Part shown: piece by piece, positions 38,125 to 51,809 of the stretch | Numbering within the stretch: the stretch's first letter is position 1 | Layout of the letters: each line of letters starts with the position of its first letter | Origin: Octopus vulgaris | Lineage: Eukaryota | Assembly (NCBI GenBank): GCA_951406725.2 | Contig: OX597821.1 | Coordinates: 57,784,001 to 57,848,000, forward strand | DNA: 64,000 bases | Direction of reading: 5' to 3' | Position numbers and translations under genes: made by a program | The notes under the pieces: model-generated | Told to the model about the DNA's origin: nothing | Database searches by the model: none | What the model saw: the letters and a program-made list of their open reading frames with translations, nothing else

Positions 38125-39343
38125 GTATGTACGTATGTATAATATATATAATATGTATATGTATATATATATACGACGGGTTTCCATACAGTTACCGCCT
38201 ACCAGATTCACTTGCAAAACATTGGTCGAAGAGCGGTTATAGTAGAGGACATTTACCCAAACAATGGGACTACAAAACGACCTTTTTAATCACACAGCCA
38301 TGGTGGCAAAAGAAAAAGTCTCTCACTAACAATGTATTCTCTATGCTGATAATCGACCTGCTAAAAGTAGCAGTAAAAACCTTCATCAAATTATACCCTA
38401 AGCGCAAGTGTGGCTTTGTGGTTAAGAAGCTTGCTTGGTAGCCAGCTAGTTTCGAGTTCAATTCCTTCTGGCGGCTTCTTGGGCAAATGGCTATGTGGAA
38501 GCCTAGCGTATACATGTGTGTGTGTGCGTTTGTGTGTTTGCGCTTGGCAATAGGTGTTGGCTTGTTTACGTCTCTCTAACTTAACAGCTCGGCAAAAGAG
38601 TATGATAAATTAAGTACCAGACTTAAAATGATTATTACTGGGGTAGAATCGATTTGTTCGACTAGACCTTACAAGGCGGAGCCCCAGCATGAACGCTCTC
38701 CAATGACTAAAGCAAGCATAAGATAAAAAAAAATACCATTTATAAAATGCTAAACATAAAGACGCTTTTTATAGTGTAGTTATAAATACTTTAAAAAGTC
38801 GGTTGTCTTTGAGTAACAGGCTACTTTCTTCACGGATGTCTTGGAGCTAAGCAGTAACATCAACAATACTTACTAGCACCTAATAAATGTTATTTGCCCG
38901 TGTAACTTTGAAGGAAACGAAAAGAATGAGAGAGACCGTGAGAGAATGAGAGAGAGGTACTGTATTACTAAGGCCTAAAGTTGTGAGTAACCAACTCAAT
39001 AAACCTACGTTTGTATTCACTAATGGCGTTCTGTTATAGCTTTGAACATGATATTTAATAACATAGGAGTTTCAATCCGGCTTATCTTCAGGTGTGGCAG
39101 AATACGAGTTCACACATTTAAGGCAATGACAGGAAAATTTATTAGTCAGAGATCAATACCGTTTCATTTATTTTGTTTATTTATTTGGGGCATGGTTCCG
39201 TGGTCCGTGGTTAAGAAGCTCGGTTTGTAAGCATGTGGTTTCGGGTTCAGTCCCACTGTGCTGAACCTTGGGCAAGTGTTTTCTACTATAGACCAATTTC
39301 TTGTGATTGAATTTGGCTGGCGGAAACTGTGTAAGCCCATTGA

Positions 39344-39384
<41 letters not shown>

Positions 39385-39394
39385 TACACACACA

Positions 39395-39439
39395 GATAGA
39401 TAGATAGATAGATAGATAGATATATAGATAGATAGATAA

Positions 39440-39473
<34 letters not shown>

Positions 39474-39474
39474 C

Positions 39475-39545
<71 letters not shown>

Positions 39546-39605
39546 GGTGATGATGATGATGATGATGATGATGAGGAGGAGGAGGAGGAGGAGGAGGGGG
39601 GGGAG
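39395..39605. repeat. (GATA)n + (GAT)n + (GAG)n microsatellite
   Basis: Direct reading. Confidence 0.95.
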
Positions 39606-39609
39606 ACTC

Positions 39610-40345
39610 CTTGTGCCCGAAAACCTCGAGCAATAGCTGCCAGCCTCTAAATGGTTATATAAGCTGAGCCTCTAGCGTATTTGGGACATTTATGTAGATT
39701 TCGTGGGTGTCATGACTCTTTCCTCCTGTGGCTTTTCTCATCCGCCACTGTGATCTCGTTGCAATCGCACTACACCTCCATTCATCTGCATGCTGGGACT
39801 CTCTCCACGCTGGGACTCCCTCAGTGCTGAGACACCCTCCCGCCCTGTACCGTCTATCCCTTCCTGGGTGATTTGGCATTTCAACTGATCTTTGTAACGT
39901 TTCTGGAAGGCTTTTCTGTTTCTTTTGTCCTGGCTGAAACCGCTGTAGTATACAGCCTTCGGCTTTTTTAATTTGTCCATCAGTGAGAAATGGCATATCC
40001 ATCTGAGCTATATGAGCTGCATTATGGTTTCAATCTTCGGGCCATTGATCTGCTGGAGGACCCCGTTGTTAGTGATGTGTTCCTCCCATTATATGTCCAA
40101 AATGGAGGGAATACACCTCTGGTGTTCTACAGCACTTAAACTTTTGTCCCATACAGGAGAGAAGTCATGACAACTGCCTTGTAGACTTTGGTCTTGGTGG
40201 ATAGGTACAGTACACAGTTCTGGCATACAGACTTCTGCAGACATTCAAAAAAGATGTTAGCTTTTGCAATGCGGCTGTCAACATCCTTTTCACTGATCGT
40301 GTAATTTCTCAGGTAGGTGAATTGTCCGACTGTGTTAAGGAGATA
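39610..40345 (-). pseudogene. RTE-clade LINE fragment (post-RT region)
   Basis: FTYL..DVDSRIAKAN..F..L..LSTKTKVYKAVVMTSLLYG and KPKAVYYS..QKRYKDQLK are typical RTE C-terminal motifs. Confidence 0.8.
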
Positions 40346-41430
40346 TTCTTTGATGCTGAGTGGTCGGTATGTGGCATATGGGGGTTTCTGTATGTACACA
40401 CAGGCCTCTGTGTGTGTGTGTGTGTATGCGCGCGTGTGTGTGTGTGTGTGTGTGCTTCCCAACCACATGGTTCAAGGTTCTGCCCCGCGCATGGCACCTT
40501 GGACAATTATCTTCTATAGCCTTAGACTGGCCAAAGCCTTGTGAGTAGATTTGGTATACGGAAACTGAAAGAAGCCCATCACGTATATATATGTGTATGT
40601 ACGTGTGTGTGTATATATGTGTGTGTGTCATTGTGCTGTGTATGAATCACCCACCACTTGACAACTGGTGTTGATTTAAGTCCTTGTGTCCCTGTTAGTT
40701 AACGGTCCGACCAAAATAGAATGCTGCAATAATTACCAGACTTTCAAAATAAGCACAAGATTTGTTCGACTTACCCTTTTCAGTAGATGCGCCAGGATAG
40801 CTACAGTGACTGAAGCAAGTAAATGATAAAAAGCAGAAAGATATATGGGAGAAAATTACCGACATATTTGAGCCAGTTTCCCCGGTTGTCACTTACTCAA
40901 ATGTTTAGTGAAACGAATGTAGATTTGTTGGTGTAGGGAAAAACATCAGCTAAAACGAAATATATAATTCACAGATGTCAACCCCATAGTGAATTAAACC
41001 AGAATGAGACGTTTGGGCGTAGCTGTTTAGTCGCTGACGAAATGGCTCAACTGAATTGACATTAAACCTGTTTTGTTAACAGTACTTCTTGGCATTAAAG
41101 GCAAACACATACACAGACACACGCATATATATACAGATAGAAACAGAGAGTGAGAGTGAGAGAGTCAGTGTGAAAGGAAAAAAGGGTGAGAGAGAGAGAG
41201 AGACATTACAATTTATTGATTGGACACGATTGACATAAACACTTTCGTTTTCCTTGGATACATTGAGAAATATGATTACAGGAGCGTAAAGAGAGAGAGA
41301 AAGAGAGAAACGAGAGAAAAATTAGATCGTCTGATGTCAGCATCGAACTAGCAACGCTAAATAGGCGGCGCCAAAACCGTTGTAGCAAGATGCGAATTAG
41401 ACGAGGGATAACATTATTTAATGTTTAATA

Positions 41431-41997
41431 TTGGGTTGTCCGAAAAGTTCGTGCAGATCTTTAAAGGAAAGAAAAAGGTCAATAAATACTTGCCATTACA
41501 TTTTTAATTAACAAAATATGAACCATTTTGTTGCACAATCCGTCTCCATCTTTCCTTTAACTTGAAAATACTCCTCTTCCCAGAATTGAGGTGGTTTCAT
41601 GGCAAAGAATTCATCAAGGTATCTTTTTACGTCATCCAAGACATTGAAATCTTTACCATTAAGACTATTCTGCAGAGACTTGAATAAATGGAAATCCGAA
41701 GGAGCAATATCTGGTGAATCTGGAAGGTGGGGTAACACATCCCAGCCGAGCTGCAGCAATTTTTGTCTGGTTCCCAAAGCATGAAGTGCCGAAAATGAAC
41801 TTTCTTGTCTTCCATTTTAAAGGGTTACAGAATTAACACAGATTATAGGAACATAAACCTTCTTCCACGAAAAGATAGCTTAAACTGTGCTCTAAATGGA
41901 TGTGTAGTCAAATCCTATTTTATGGACTCAACCATATTCTAAAATAAGTCGAAAGGTAAGCTAATATAAATCGGCACGAACTTTCCGGACAACCCAA
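41431..41997 (-). mobile_element. Internally deleted mariner (567 bp)
   Basis: TIRs TTGGGTTGTCCGAAAAGTTCGTGC / GCACGAACTTTCCGGACAACCCAA with TA on both sides; N-terminal MEDKKVHFRHFMLWE joined directly to C-terminal TRQKLLQLGWDVLPHLPDSPDIAPSDFHLFKSLQN. Confidence 0.93.
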
Positions 41998-42599
41998 TAC
42001 ATTAAAAGATTCAAACAAGATCAAAATTGGGTGTAAGTAGGAAAGGTATTTTGTATAGAAACGTTACTCTAGTGTGAAAAATCGTAAAAACTTGCCAACA
42101 TAACTCAAATGGTGTATGAGATTTCTCGACTTGTAAAAACATCGTTAGCGTCAGCATCATTTTATTATAACAGCTGTCAAGAACAAATCTATGATTTCAA
42201 ACCGAACAAACGATGAAGTTAAAGGCAAGTGAAAATTTCTATTATTAGTTGAATAATTTCATTTTTATTTTCGTGCACAACGATTTGTTATGAATTTCAA
42301 CTACAGAGTTTAACTTGATCTCAGAATAAATGAATGATAACGTTCAGATTGTTATAAAGGAAAGGAGGTGGAAAGAGAGTGCGGAGGAGTAAGAGGATAA
42401 CAAGAATTGTCAAAACATTAAACGACATTGAGTAAATAAGAGAGCAATTTTGAAAGAATAACCAGAATGTAACTGACATTTATTCAATCTCGTCGATAAA
42501 AGAAATAAGATTGAGCAGCCACACATAAAGGTGTACACGCACTCACATACACACACACACACACACACATATAAATGTACGTGTGTGTGTATACATACA

Positions 42600-42650
<51 letters not shown>

Positions 42651-43015
42651 ACACATAAATACATATATACAAACATAAACACACTTGCACGTATAGATAT
42701 AAGCGGGCGTATTCAAATATTATCGCTACTTTTTTAACTCTTTCTGTTGTCCGTGCACACACAAATACACACACAAAGACACACCCACCTACACTCTTAC
42801 ACATATATACATATATATGCTCAAATATATATTCACACACAGGCACACAAGTATGTATAGTTAATTATATATATATATATATATACACATACATATACAT
42901 ACATACATACGTACGTACATACATACGTACGTACATACATACATACATACATACATACGTACGTACGTACGTACGTACGTACATACATACATACATACAT
43001 ACATACATACATACA

Positions 43016-43049
<34 letters not shown>

Positions 43050-43399
43050 CATACACACACACATACTCATGTCTGTGTATACAACGGGATAAAAATGTAG
43101 TAAAACTCAATGATAACGATACGAGAAGAATAAGAAGAAAGGTCGGGAATAAAACCAAGAAAACAAATTCAAATCGACAACTTTATTAAACGATACATCA
43201 TACCGCTGTAGACATAATGACCTCCGCATACAATAAATAGAAAGATAAATACATAAATAAATAAATAAATAAATGAAACAGCGTTCAGTGAGATTTACTA
43301 TGCATCACTAATTGAAATCTTTCAAAAAAAAAAAAAGATGTGCTGACAACGTATTTTTAACTGACAAGTTCAAATCAACATTTGGAGGTAGATGAGGTT

Positions 43400-43765
43400 T
43401 GGAGTATCAGAGCTAACACCCTCAACTCACGTCATTAAGTGTCATTAAAATATCAGAGCAACGCACGCTGCAATGCTAGAAAATCGGTAACTCCAAATAT
43501 AAACATTGTCGAGAATAAAATTCACACAGCTATAATATTTTGGACATAAGATGCACCACGAATCTTTGCCTAAGACCGTCCTGAAAGGACGTGTTGAGGG
43601 AAAGAGAACAAGAGTATATCGAACAATTTTTGGACAGACCGTATCAAAAAAGGGACCTGTAAAAGGGCCTGATTGATTGAATGCATGCAGCACGGCACAG
43701 AGGGAACTGGATAGCTGTGGTCCTGAACAAAGATGGTGCACTTGGCTGATGGTTGGTGATGTTGA
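43400..43765 (+). pseudogene. RTE-clade LINE 3' end fragment
   Basis: QL*YFGHKMHHESLPKTVLKGRVEGKRTR resembles the RTE LxYFGH..SLEK.I.G.VEG.R.RGRP motif. Confidence 0.65.
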
Positions 43766-44459
43766 AATTGATAATTGCCTATATATGTCATATTATAGTA
43801 GAGCGGGAGCCGGTATACTAAACGTAATGAGGGAAGAAAGTTTTATTTAAAATTACAATCATAGTGGAGAAGGAAAATATCCGTCAGAGAAGACCACTCT
43901 TGAATTTAAATCAATAAAATCTAAATTAAAAGTAGTATACGATCAGGGTATGTCTGGCTTTTAGATTATATGATGACGTCAGGGAAGTTTTAGAATATAT
44001 TTGGACAGGTAGTTGATGATAAGTCTGATATTTGGTAAAATGATGCTTGTGAGAAAAGTAAGAAACTATCCACTCTATCGCAAAATTTAGTTCTCTGAAA
44101 GTAGAGTCCTGTACTAGAAGGAAAGAAAAAAGTATTTAGCTTTGTGTTCGTATAATGCGAGGACATCTGAGGACAGAGTAGACAAGTACTAACTCAGCGA
44201 AGCAGAAAACGTTTTAGTCGCGAAATGAGAGAGAGTGAGAAATATATATATATATATATATATATATAGGATTAATCAGCCGAAATTGCAAGGATGATCC
44301 GGTTCTTGACTGAAGATTAAAGGCTTCGAATGACCCGTCCTTGTTTTGTTTTGTTTTTTTTTGGTATCGTCTACCTGGATGTTTTGTTGTCCCTTTTTGT
44401 ATCACCTAGTTGTCCGGATGTCTTGCGTTCTTGTCCCATTTTGCATTTTATTATATATG

Positions 44460-44519
<60 letters not shown>

Positions 44520-44612
44520 AAATTAGGATAAAATCTTTATAAGAATTTGTCAAGTGGTCAGCGTGAAAAAACTTCATAAGGGAAAAATTTTTAATATTCC
44601 CTTTAAATATAT

Positions 44613-44780
44613 TTATTTATATGAAGGGCATTACTACACATACATGCCTCACGCTATGGGGGACTCTTAAAGTCAAAACTACCATGATAAATACTTAAAT
44701 ATTTATTATGGTAGTTTTGACTTTAAGAGTCCCTCATAGCGTGAGGCATTTATGTGTAGTAATGCCCTTCATATAAATAA
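44613..44780. repeat. Near-perfect ~80-bp-arm palindrome next to (TA)n
   Basis: TTATTTATATGAAGGGCATTACTACACAT...ACTACCATGATAAATA (loop CTTAAA) TATTTATTATGGTAG...GTGTAGTAATGCCCTTCATATAAATAA. Confidence 0.9.
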
Positions 44781-46300
44781 TATATATATATACTGGATAG
44801 TTTCTTTTTGCTCTTGGGATCCTCATTTTCAGCTTTGTAGTTGGAGAGAGGTCATTCTGTATTTTTAGGTATTCCTCGGGGAGGTCGACCTAGGTGGAAT
44901 TTGAACTCAGAACATAAAGACGGAGGAAATGCCACTAAGCATTTTCCCGGCGAAATCACAAGTCTGTCTGCTCACCACAGCTTGCTATGGTTATAACAGC
45001 GAACATCTTTTATGTCTTCCTGTATTTGTACACATACATTTATTTGGATTATTTTTATCGTTGAATTTTACAAACTGAATAGCAATAAAAAACGTCGATT
45101 GATTTTAAACCTTCAAATAGATGAAAATCATTTTTACATATTCGTACCAAATTATTATACTGAAGACAATTGAAGCATGCTTCGACGAACAAGAAAAAAG
45201 ATATAATAGAATGGACACTGCATGCATGCAAACACAGGGAAAAGAAAATTTAGGGACACTGGACTTCGTCTATACATTGAAGTCTCCTCTCTCTTCATAC
45301 CAAAGAAAAGGCCACTACCACCTTGATACCAGTGCCTTCGCAAGTATTATTGTCAGATATCACAAAGCTTCTCTCCCGATCCCCTAATAATTCTGTTAAC
45401 CTTGAATTGGTACCACGAAAGAACAAAGCACGAAGTTGACCATGGCATCATTTGAACTCGGATATCGAAGAGTCAGAACATATAACACGTTTTATCCAAC
45501 ACACTAACCACTCGGCTTATTCTCACCTTTATTTTCATATCAAATTCACATCATACTCTTGTTACGAAATCCATTACACATCGCATCATATGCTACTTTA
45601 GCAATATCCCCCAAAAATTGTTGATCTGTTTTTGAAAAGAGTTGTTTCTATTTGAAGCTCTTTGCGTTTTATTTTCTTTGTTTCAAATGTTAATGTGTTT
45701 CCTATTTCCGTACGACCTATATATCGTTCAACCAACACAGTGCTGTGTGTAACAATGATATGCAAGTCGTAAAAAAGCAATCTGTCGTAACTTTAGAATC
45801 TTTTCATATCATCTGCAATTAAAGCTATGTTTTCGTTTGCTATGTCTGTCTTGAATGTTTTCTTGTTTTGTCTTTATCTACACACATGCTGATCATTATT
45901 TAAATAATATATTTTATGTTAGAATCTCAATATAAATGAATGTCACACTAAAATGACAATCAGTTGAATTTACTGGGATTCTAAGAACATCGTTTTTCAC
46001 ATTTATTTGTTCTTAATGTTTGCTATATTTAGGGATACCGAATTCATTTCATTTCATTTTTTAGAGCGAGGTTTCTATGTCCATGTTATTCAATCCGAGA
46101 CAATCAATCGTTTGTTGTTTATTGCGGGTTAGTCAGCTGGAACAATTGGTGCAAGTCTGTTATTTATCACGTTAGAGTGACGGAAAAGGTGCTTTGCGAT
46201 ACTTCTTCCAACACTTTCCGTCCACCAAATCCACTCACAAGGCTTTCTTGGACCCGAGTAGATGACATTTAGGGGCGACGTAAACATACATATATATACA

Positions 46301-46344
<44 letters not shown>

Positions 46345-46489
46345 TACCTGATTCTCCTTTCTCTAATTTGTATCCAAGAATTATTTGTGCCCGCCTCACT
46401 GTCTCTCTTTTGACTCTGACGTTTACTTACCCCGTTTCTTAGTCTTTTCATTTGTTATACGCTCTCTCTGTCACACACACACACATTCT

Positions 46490-46618
46490 CTCTTTCCCTC
46501 TCGCATTCTCCATCTCTATCTATTTAGCTATCTCTCTCTCCCTCTCTCTCTCTTTCTCTCTCTCTCTTTCTCTCTCTCTCCCTCTCTCTCTCTCTTTCTC
46601 TCTCTCCCTCTCTCTCTC

Positions 46619-46672
<54 letters not shown>

Positions 46673-46872
46673 TGTAGTTATCCATCTATTGATCGATTTT
46701 TTGTCTTTCTTTTTCTCTCTCACAATTTTACTTTGTTTTCTCCAGGGAGTACTTCAAAACGCTCTCTTTCTCTCTCTTTCTTTCCCTTTCTGCCTCTCTC
46801 TCACTTTCTATCTTTCCCTCTCTTTCTCTCTCTATCTCTCTCTTTCATTCGGTCTCTGTCTCTTTCTCTCTC
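46490..46872. repeat. Long (CT)n polypyrimidine tract
   Basis: Direct reading; lies ~200 bp upstream of the HSE cluster. Confidence 0.95.
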
Positions 46873-47063
46873 AACACTTATTGCTCCTGATACAGAAATT
46901 TTCCAGCATATGACATCAGAAGTTATTTTATTCAAAAACATTTTGTCACAGTCCACAGAACGTGCTCAGGCAAGGGCGGTGTGGATAGTGGTGAGAGGAT
47001 ATCCAAGTAGGATGAAGTGGCGAATCACCCTGAGTTGTTCACGCTGAATGTATACCCTTGTAG

Positions 47064-47270
47064 TGACGTCATATTCCAGTGTGCGCACACGCAACGTCAT
47101 TCTTCAGTGTGCGTGTGCGGGATGTATTCTTCAGTGTGCGGAACGTCCTTCTTCAGTGTGTGTGTGCGGGGTTGGAACCTTCTGGAACCTTCTGGAAAGG
47201 CATAAGGAAGTTCCCTCATGCACATGCGCTAGAGACTGGGGAAAAAATTCTATCGCGTTCCTTTATAACG
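47064..47270 (+). promoter_or_regulatory. Stress-responsive Pol II promoter-like module (CRE, HSE, TATA)
   Basis: TGACGTCA 47064-47071; TGCGCAC (MRE consensus) ~47082; four TTC(TT)CAGTGTGYG repeats 47074-47162; five alternating pentamers gGAAc cTTCt gGAAc cTTCt gGAAa 47174-47198; GGAAGTTCCC ~47206; TTTATAA 47262-47268; locally CpG-rich. Confidence 0.65.
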
Positions 47271-48357
47271 TCGTTGACTTGAGACACGGCGATAGAAGTG
47301 AAAGGACGTATTTTTAAACGTGTGATCAGCCTATTCTCCTGTCCTAGACGCTTAGGATTTGACCTGTTCTGTTGCTGCTGAATTGTTGTAAGAATCTTAC
47401 AAACGTTAAAATTCAGCCTTGCTGTGTTGAACTAAGTGAATACCAATATACCATCGTGCTTCATTTGTGAATAAGAGAGTAAAGAATCGTATATATTTTT
47501 AAAGTTGCGTTTTGTTACCGACTGGTAGTTTCTAGAAACAATAAGAAAGGAAATTGTGTTGCACCCAAGTTGCACCCCAAAAGTGTAAAGAAGCAACCAG
47601 TTCCCTTTACACCCTAATAAATAAAGTGTTACTTGATATGTTTTGAAAAATCAATCTTCATGTTAGAAATTCAATTGATTTTCACTATGTCTATAGTAGC
47701 CTCTTTTGTACTGAATGCACAGACCTAAGGATATATGCTTAATATGAATAGTATATTCTGTTGAAAGCAAGGATCCTATCATTCATCAAGTGTTTCCAGT
47801 TGTCTATGGATAGCCTGGATCTATTCTGTGTATGGTGACTGTCACGCCTGCGAAATTTTTTCCCACGAGAGATCCAGACCCCAGTTATGAACTCATTTGA
47901 ATACAGCCAATCAAGGCTCAACTATCAAACTAAATTATGAGCGCATAACAAGTGATAGGCGATAAGATAAAGTCACTTGGGTAAGGAATGACCATACTTC
48001 TTTTCTCTTTTAATATTGCTTGTTGTTTTTGTTCTTGTTTCGACCATGGCTGCCACTGCGTAATTATTTGCGTTGTTGTTTACTTTGTAAAACAGTAAGG
48101 GGAGGGGTTTGCTAGCACATCACCCTCTACCCACGCTTTTTCCATCCACATCTTTACCATATGGGGCCCTAACAAAATCCGATTATAGGTATTGATGCAA
48201 ATCTATCTAATTACTTAATGTGACAGTCCCATGAAGAGAATCATACTACTGCTATTTAGCCCTAGGAAGCGTTGCCGCTTCCTGTGGACCTTGACACATT
48301 TCCTGTGTCCTTATGTTTGCAAGGGGGAGATAAACACCTCCACCCAGCCAAGCCTAT

Positions 48358-48400
48358 TCCAGACTGATGACGAGTAAAGACTCAGAAACTAGTCTCTGGA
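48358..48400 (+). ncRNA. Minimal type I hammerhead ribozyme motif
   Basis: TCCAGA-CTGATGA-CGAGT(AAAG)ACTCA-GAAA-C(TA)G-TC-TCTGGA: 6-bp stem I, intact cores, palindromic ACTAGT stem III, GUC triplet; C/A mismatch at the base of stem II. Confidence 0.8.
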
Positions 48401-48823
48401 TGCAGAGCCTGCGACTCATATTGACATCAGACAGCTCGCACATGTGTGTGTGTGTGTGGTTGTGTGTGTGTGTGTGTGTGTATGTGTGTGTGTTTGTGTG
48501 TGTGTGTTTGTGTGTGTGTGTGTGAGTGTGAGTGTATGTGTGTGCGTGAGTGTATGTGTGTGTGCACATTATTGCATATAATTATTTCGCTAAGATTAAA
48601 TAATGTAGTTCTACATACGTCTACACATACAAGAAACTCATAACCGATCTGGGTTGACCTGAGACTAAACAATAATAAATCACAACTTCGTTTAAATTAG
48701 TTGAAATATAGTGTACCATGAATGCTATCTATTTGTACGATGTACATAGTTGTGTGTTTGCATGTATGTATGCATGTATATATGTATATATAAAGCAGTA
48801 CATTTTCAAGTATGTTTAACTAC

Positions 48824-48966
48824 CTATATTTGTAGGGAGTGTTTATAGATATCGTTCTCATCAGTGCAAAATGCTGGATAATTGAATTAATGAGGTTTCA
48901 TTAGCTAATTATCAGCACTTTGCACTGATGAGGACGATATCCGGAAACGGCTTCCTATAAATATAG
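48824..48966. repeat. Imperfect palindrome whose arms contain a hammerhead-like core
   Basis: CTATATTTGTAGG..GATATCGTTCTCATCAGTGCAAA / TTTGCACTGATGAGGACGATATCCGGAAAC..CCTATAAATATAG. Confidence 0.7.
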
Positions 48967-51519
48967 AACATTGAAATAATTCAAGACGCGATGTTAGACG
49001 ACAGTTCATGAAAATTGACAATTACTCTCATTAAAAGTAATTATCAATTGTCATCTCATAAAGCAGAAGAATAGATTAAACTGATAAATTTGAAACGTTT
49101 GGTTTATAATGAAAATATGAATAAACGATGAATGAGACTTAATTTTGCTGCTTTAGATTTAATGAAAGAGGTCAGATTCGAACTAGAGTTATAGAATATT
49201 TCAATTTGAGCCAACGCTTTGTGCTCTTTGGTTTCCAAGGAGAACAAAACAAAAACGCAGGAACGAACGAAAACAAAACCTACTGCGATGATGATAAATG
49301 GTTATTTCTACTGATATGGCAAAATTTTCTAAGGGGCATTCTGTATGAAGAATAGATAATTTAGTGCGGTCTGCCACACTTAATGTGATTAACCAAACAT
49401 AATCTTTGATTTGTCACAAACCACGTTCATCCCCAACCCAACCCATTATACATAACTAAATAAAAAGATACCTAAATATATTTCATTGACGGCTAGAAGC
49501 TAATCCAGGGAATAAAACATAGATTCTTGAGTGGAAAGGAAGATACTCAGTTCGTATCGATTCATTGGCATTATGATGTGTCTATCATATAAAACATAGG
49601 GCTAAAATGTCCTGGCTTAACCAGATAGATGAAGTGTGTTAACAATCTTACCGGTATAATCCGCGAGAACAGTTTATTACTGACAAATGTTGCTACAGAT
49701 TTTATGACCTGCTCTTGTTATAGAACAGAATAATGAAATCAAGGCATAGAAGTGTTTCAATCATATCGTCATCGCCAATTATCTAATGCTTTGATAATTC
49801 TTTTCGTATTTAATCTTTATGAGAAACATTATAACGCTGTGTTATACTATGTGCTTAATAGTGTGCTGTGTGTGGACTCGAATCGGGGATCAATCCTGCA
49901 GTAATACAACAGTAAGCGATGAGCACTTACTTCAAATCAAAACATGTGTCCAGTAGATAGAAAACACCACATTTAAATTGTGACATACTGTAGCCATTGA
50001 CAAGCCATCCAGAGCAAAATAGTATCTCCATCATGAAATTGTTTAGGATAGAAGGAGAATAAGGGGAGTAACCCTGTGAGAAAAATCGGAGAGGAGACCC
50101 ACAGACGGTTTCTTTTCAAACTCCAACTCATAGAAACAGTTTCATCTCCATATATTCTGTTTTACTGCTGGACCCAGATGATTCGGATCTTAAAAATGTG
50201 AGTGATATTGGATGCAGGAGTTATTCGAGACTTAACAGAGTGTAGGCGATACTACTCTTAAAGTTAAGTCACGCCCAGCAAGCACAAGAATTTTCGCCCA
50301 ACAAGCGCAAGGTCTTTCGAACCACAGATCGTGCATATTTCGTTGTGGCAGTCAGAATGTCACGTAGTTTTCTCGCCCGTAAGGGAATCTGGAGTAAAAC
50401 CGCTATTAAATACATCATGGGCAACACAATGTATCAGTGCCCTATCAGGACTCCTTATTACACAGAAAAAGAATTAGTAAAATTACCTCTTGTATAAAAT
50501 ATATTTCTATTAGAGCAAAACGAAACAATATACATAAAGTATAAGGTGCTATTATTGTTATTTAGCTCCAGATCAGGCGTGATTGAACCGACCTATATTC
50601 AAAGCATTCCAACCGTAGCCTACCTCTCTTTTTGGGGATTTCTACAACTACAAATATTCTCTCCTTGTTTAAGACACTACTGTATGATTCGAGCAAGATT
50701 TGCCTACAATTTGTTTGATTAAGTGAATATAGGCTTTTGACATGCTACAAATATCTAGTTTTAGAACGTGTATTGTGTAGTAATTGGTCAATAATCTGTC
50801 TTCTAACATGATTAAAATCTCAACGAAATATATTAATAGAGTTTAGACGATTGATGCGAGAAATCGAGTAACCCTTCGTTATAAATTGCGCTCAAAGATA
50901 TATCCTTAGGGTGAATTCTGAAAATTCATCTTCAATTTAAATTTTCGTTAAACATCCCATTTTGAAGAATGTGCTATGTGCATTTTATATAACAGATTCA
51001 TCGTTATGTTGCTAACCATGTACAAGTTTGTAAACAGTGTGTTCGTAACCGGTGTTATTTCCTATCTTTTTTTCCTTTTTCCGGAATCGCCAATCAGTTA
51101 ATCATATAATGAAGACAGAATTACACATCGGGCATTTGGCCAACCATCTTGTTCTGCTCGATTATGAATATCCCGAAGCTACACAACACCAATGATATAG
51201 AAGGGAAATGTAAATTTAATGTCAAATCAAAAGCTATGCCAAGGATCATTTAAAATATGCCGCAGCAGATTTGGTATCTTCTGAAAAATTAAGATTTGCA
51301 TATTGATTGCTCCAAACGATACCTTTTTGCCCAGAGTGTCTTCAATTTATTTATTTTCAAGGGATGTCTCATTAGATAAGAAACCAGGTCCCTGCATTTG
51401 ATGCTGAAGGGAAATTATTGTGTATTCTGTTTCTTATTTTAGAATGGAACTTTCAAATATCAATAAATTGGCTCTTTGTCGCATTATAAGCTATCACACA
51501 GGAGGTTGAATTTGTTTCT

Positions 51520-51741
51520 TTTATTCTTTTACTTGTTTCAGTCACTTGCCTGCGGCCATGCTGGGAAACTGCCTTTAGTCGAGCAAATTGACCCCAGGAC
51601 TTAGTCTTTGTAAATCTAGTACTTATTCTATCGGGGTCTTTTGCCGAACCGTAAACGCACCAACATATATTGTCAAGCGATGGTGGGTGGGGGGGACAAA
51701 CACAGACACAAATAACAAACACGCACATGCATACATACATA

Positions 51742-51809
<68 letters not shown>

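Noticed and set aside
44270-44345. CTGAAGA hammerhead-like core in a (TA)n-flanked insert
   Set aside because: No properly placed GAAA and no convincing stem I/II
46385-47047. 220-aa Leu/Ser-rich ORF
   Set aside because: Translation of the (CT)n tract
47095-47162. Repeated CTGAAGA on the minus strand
   Set aside because: No downstream GAAA or stems; better explained as promoter-region repeats
47600-47625. ACCCTAA as a telomerase RNA template
   Set aside because: Only about one repeat unit, lacking the ~1.5-repeat template and other recognisable TR domains
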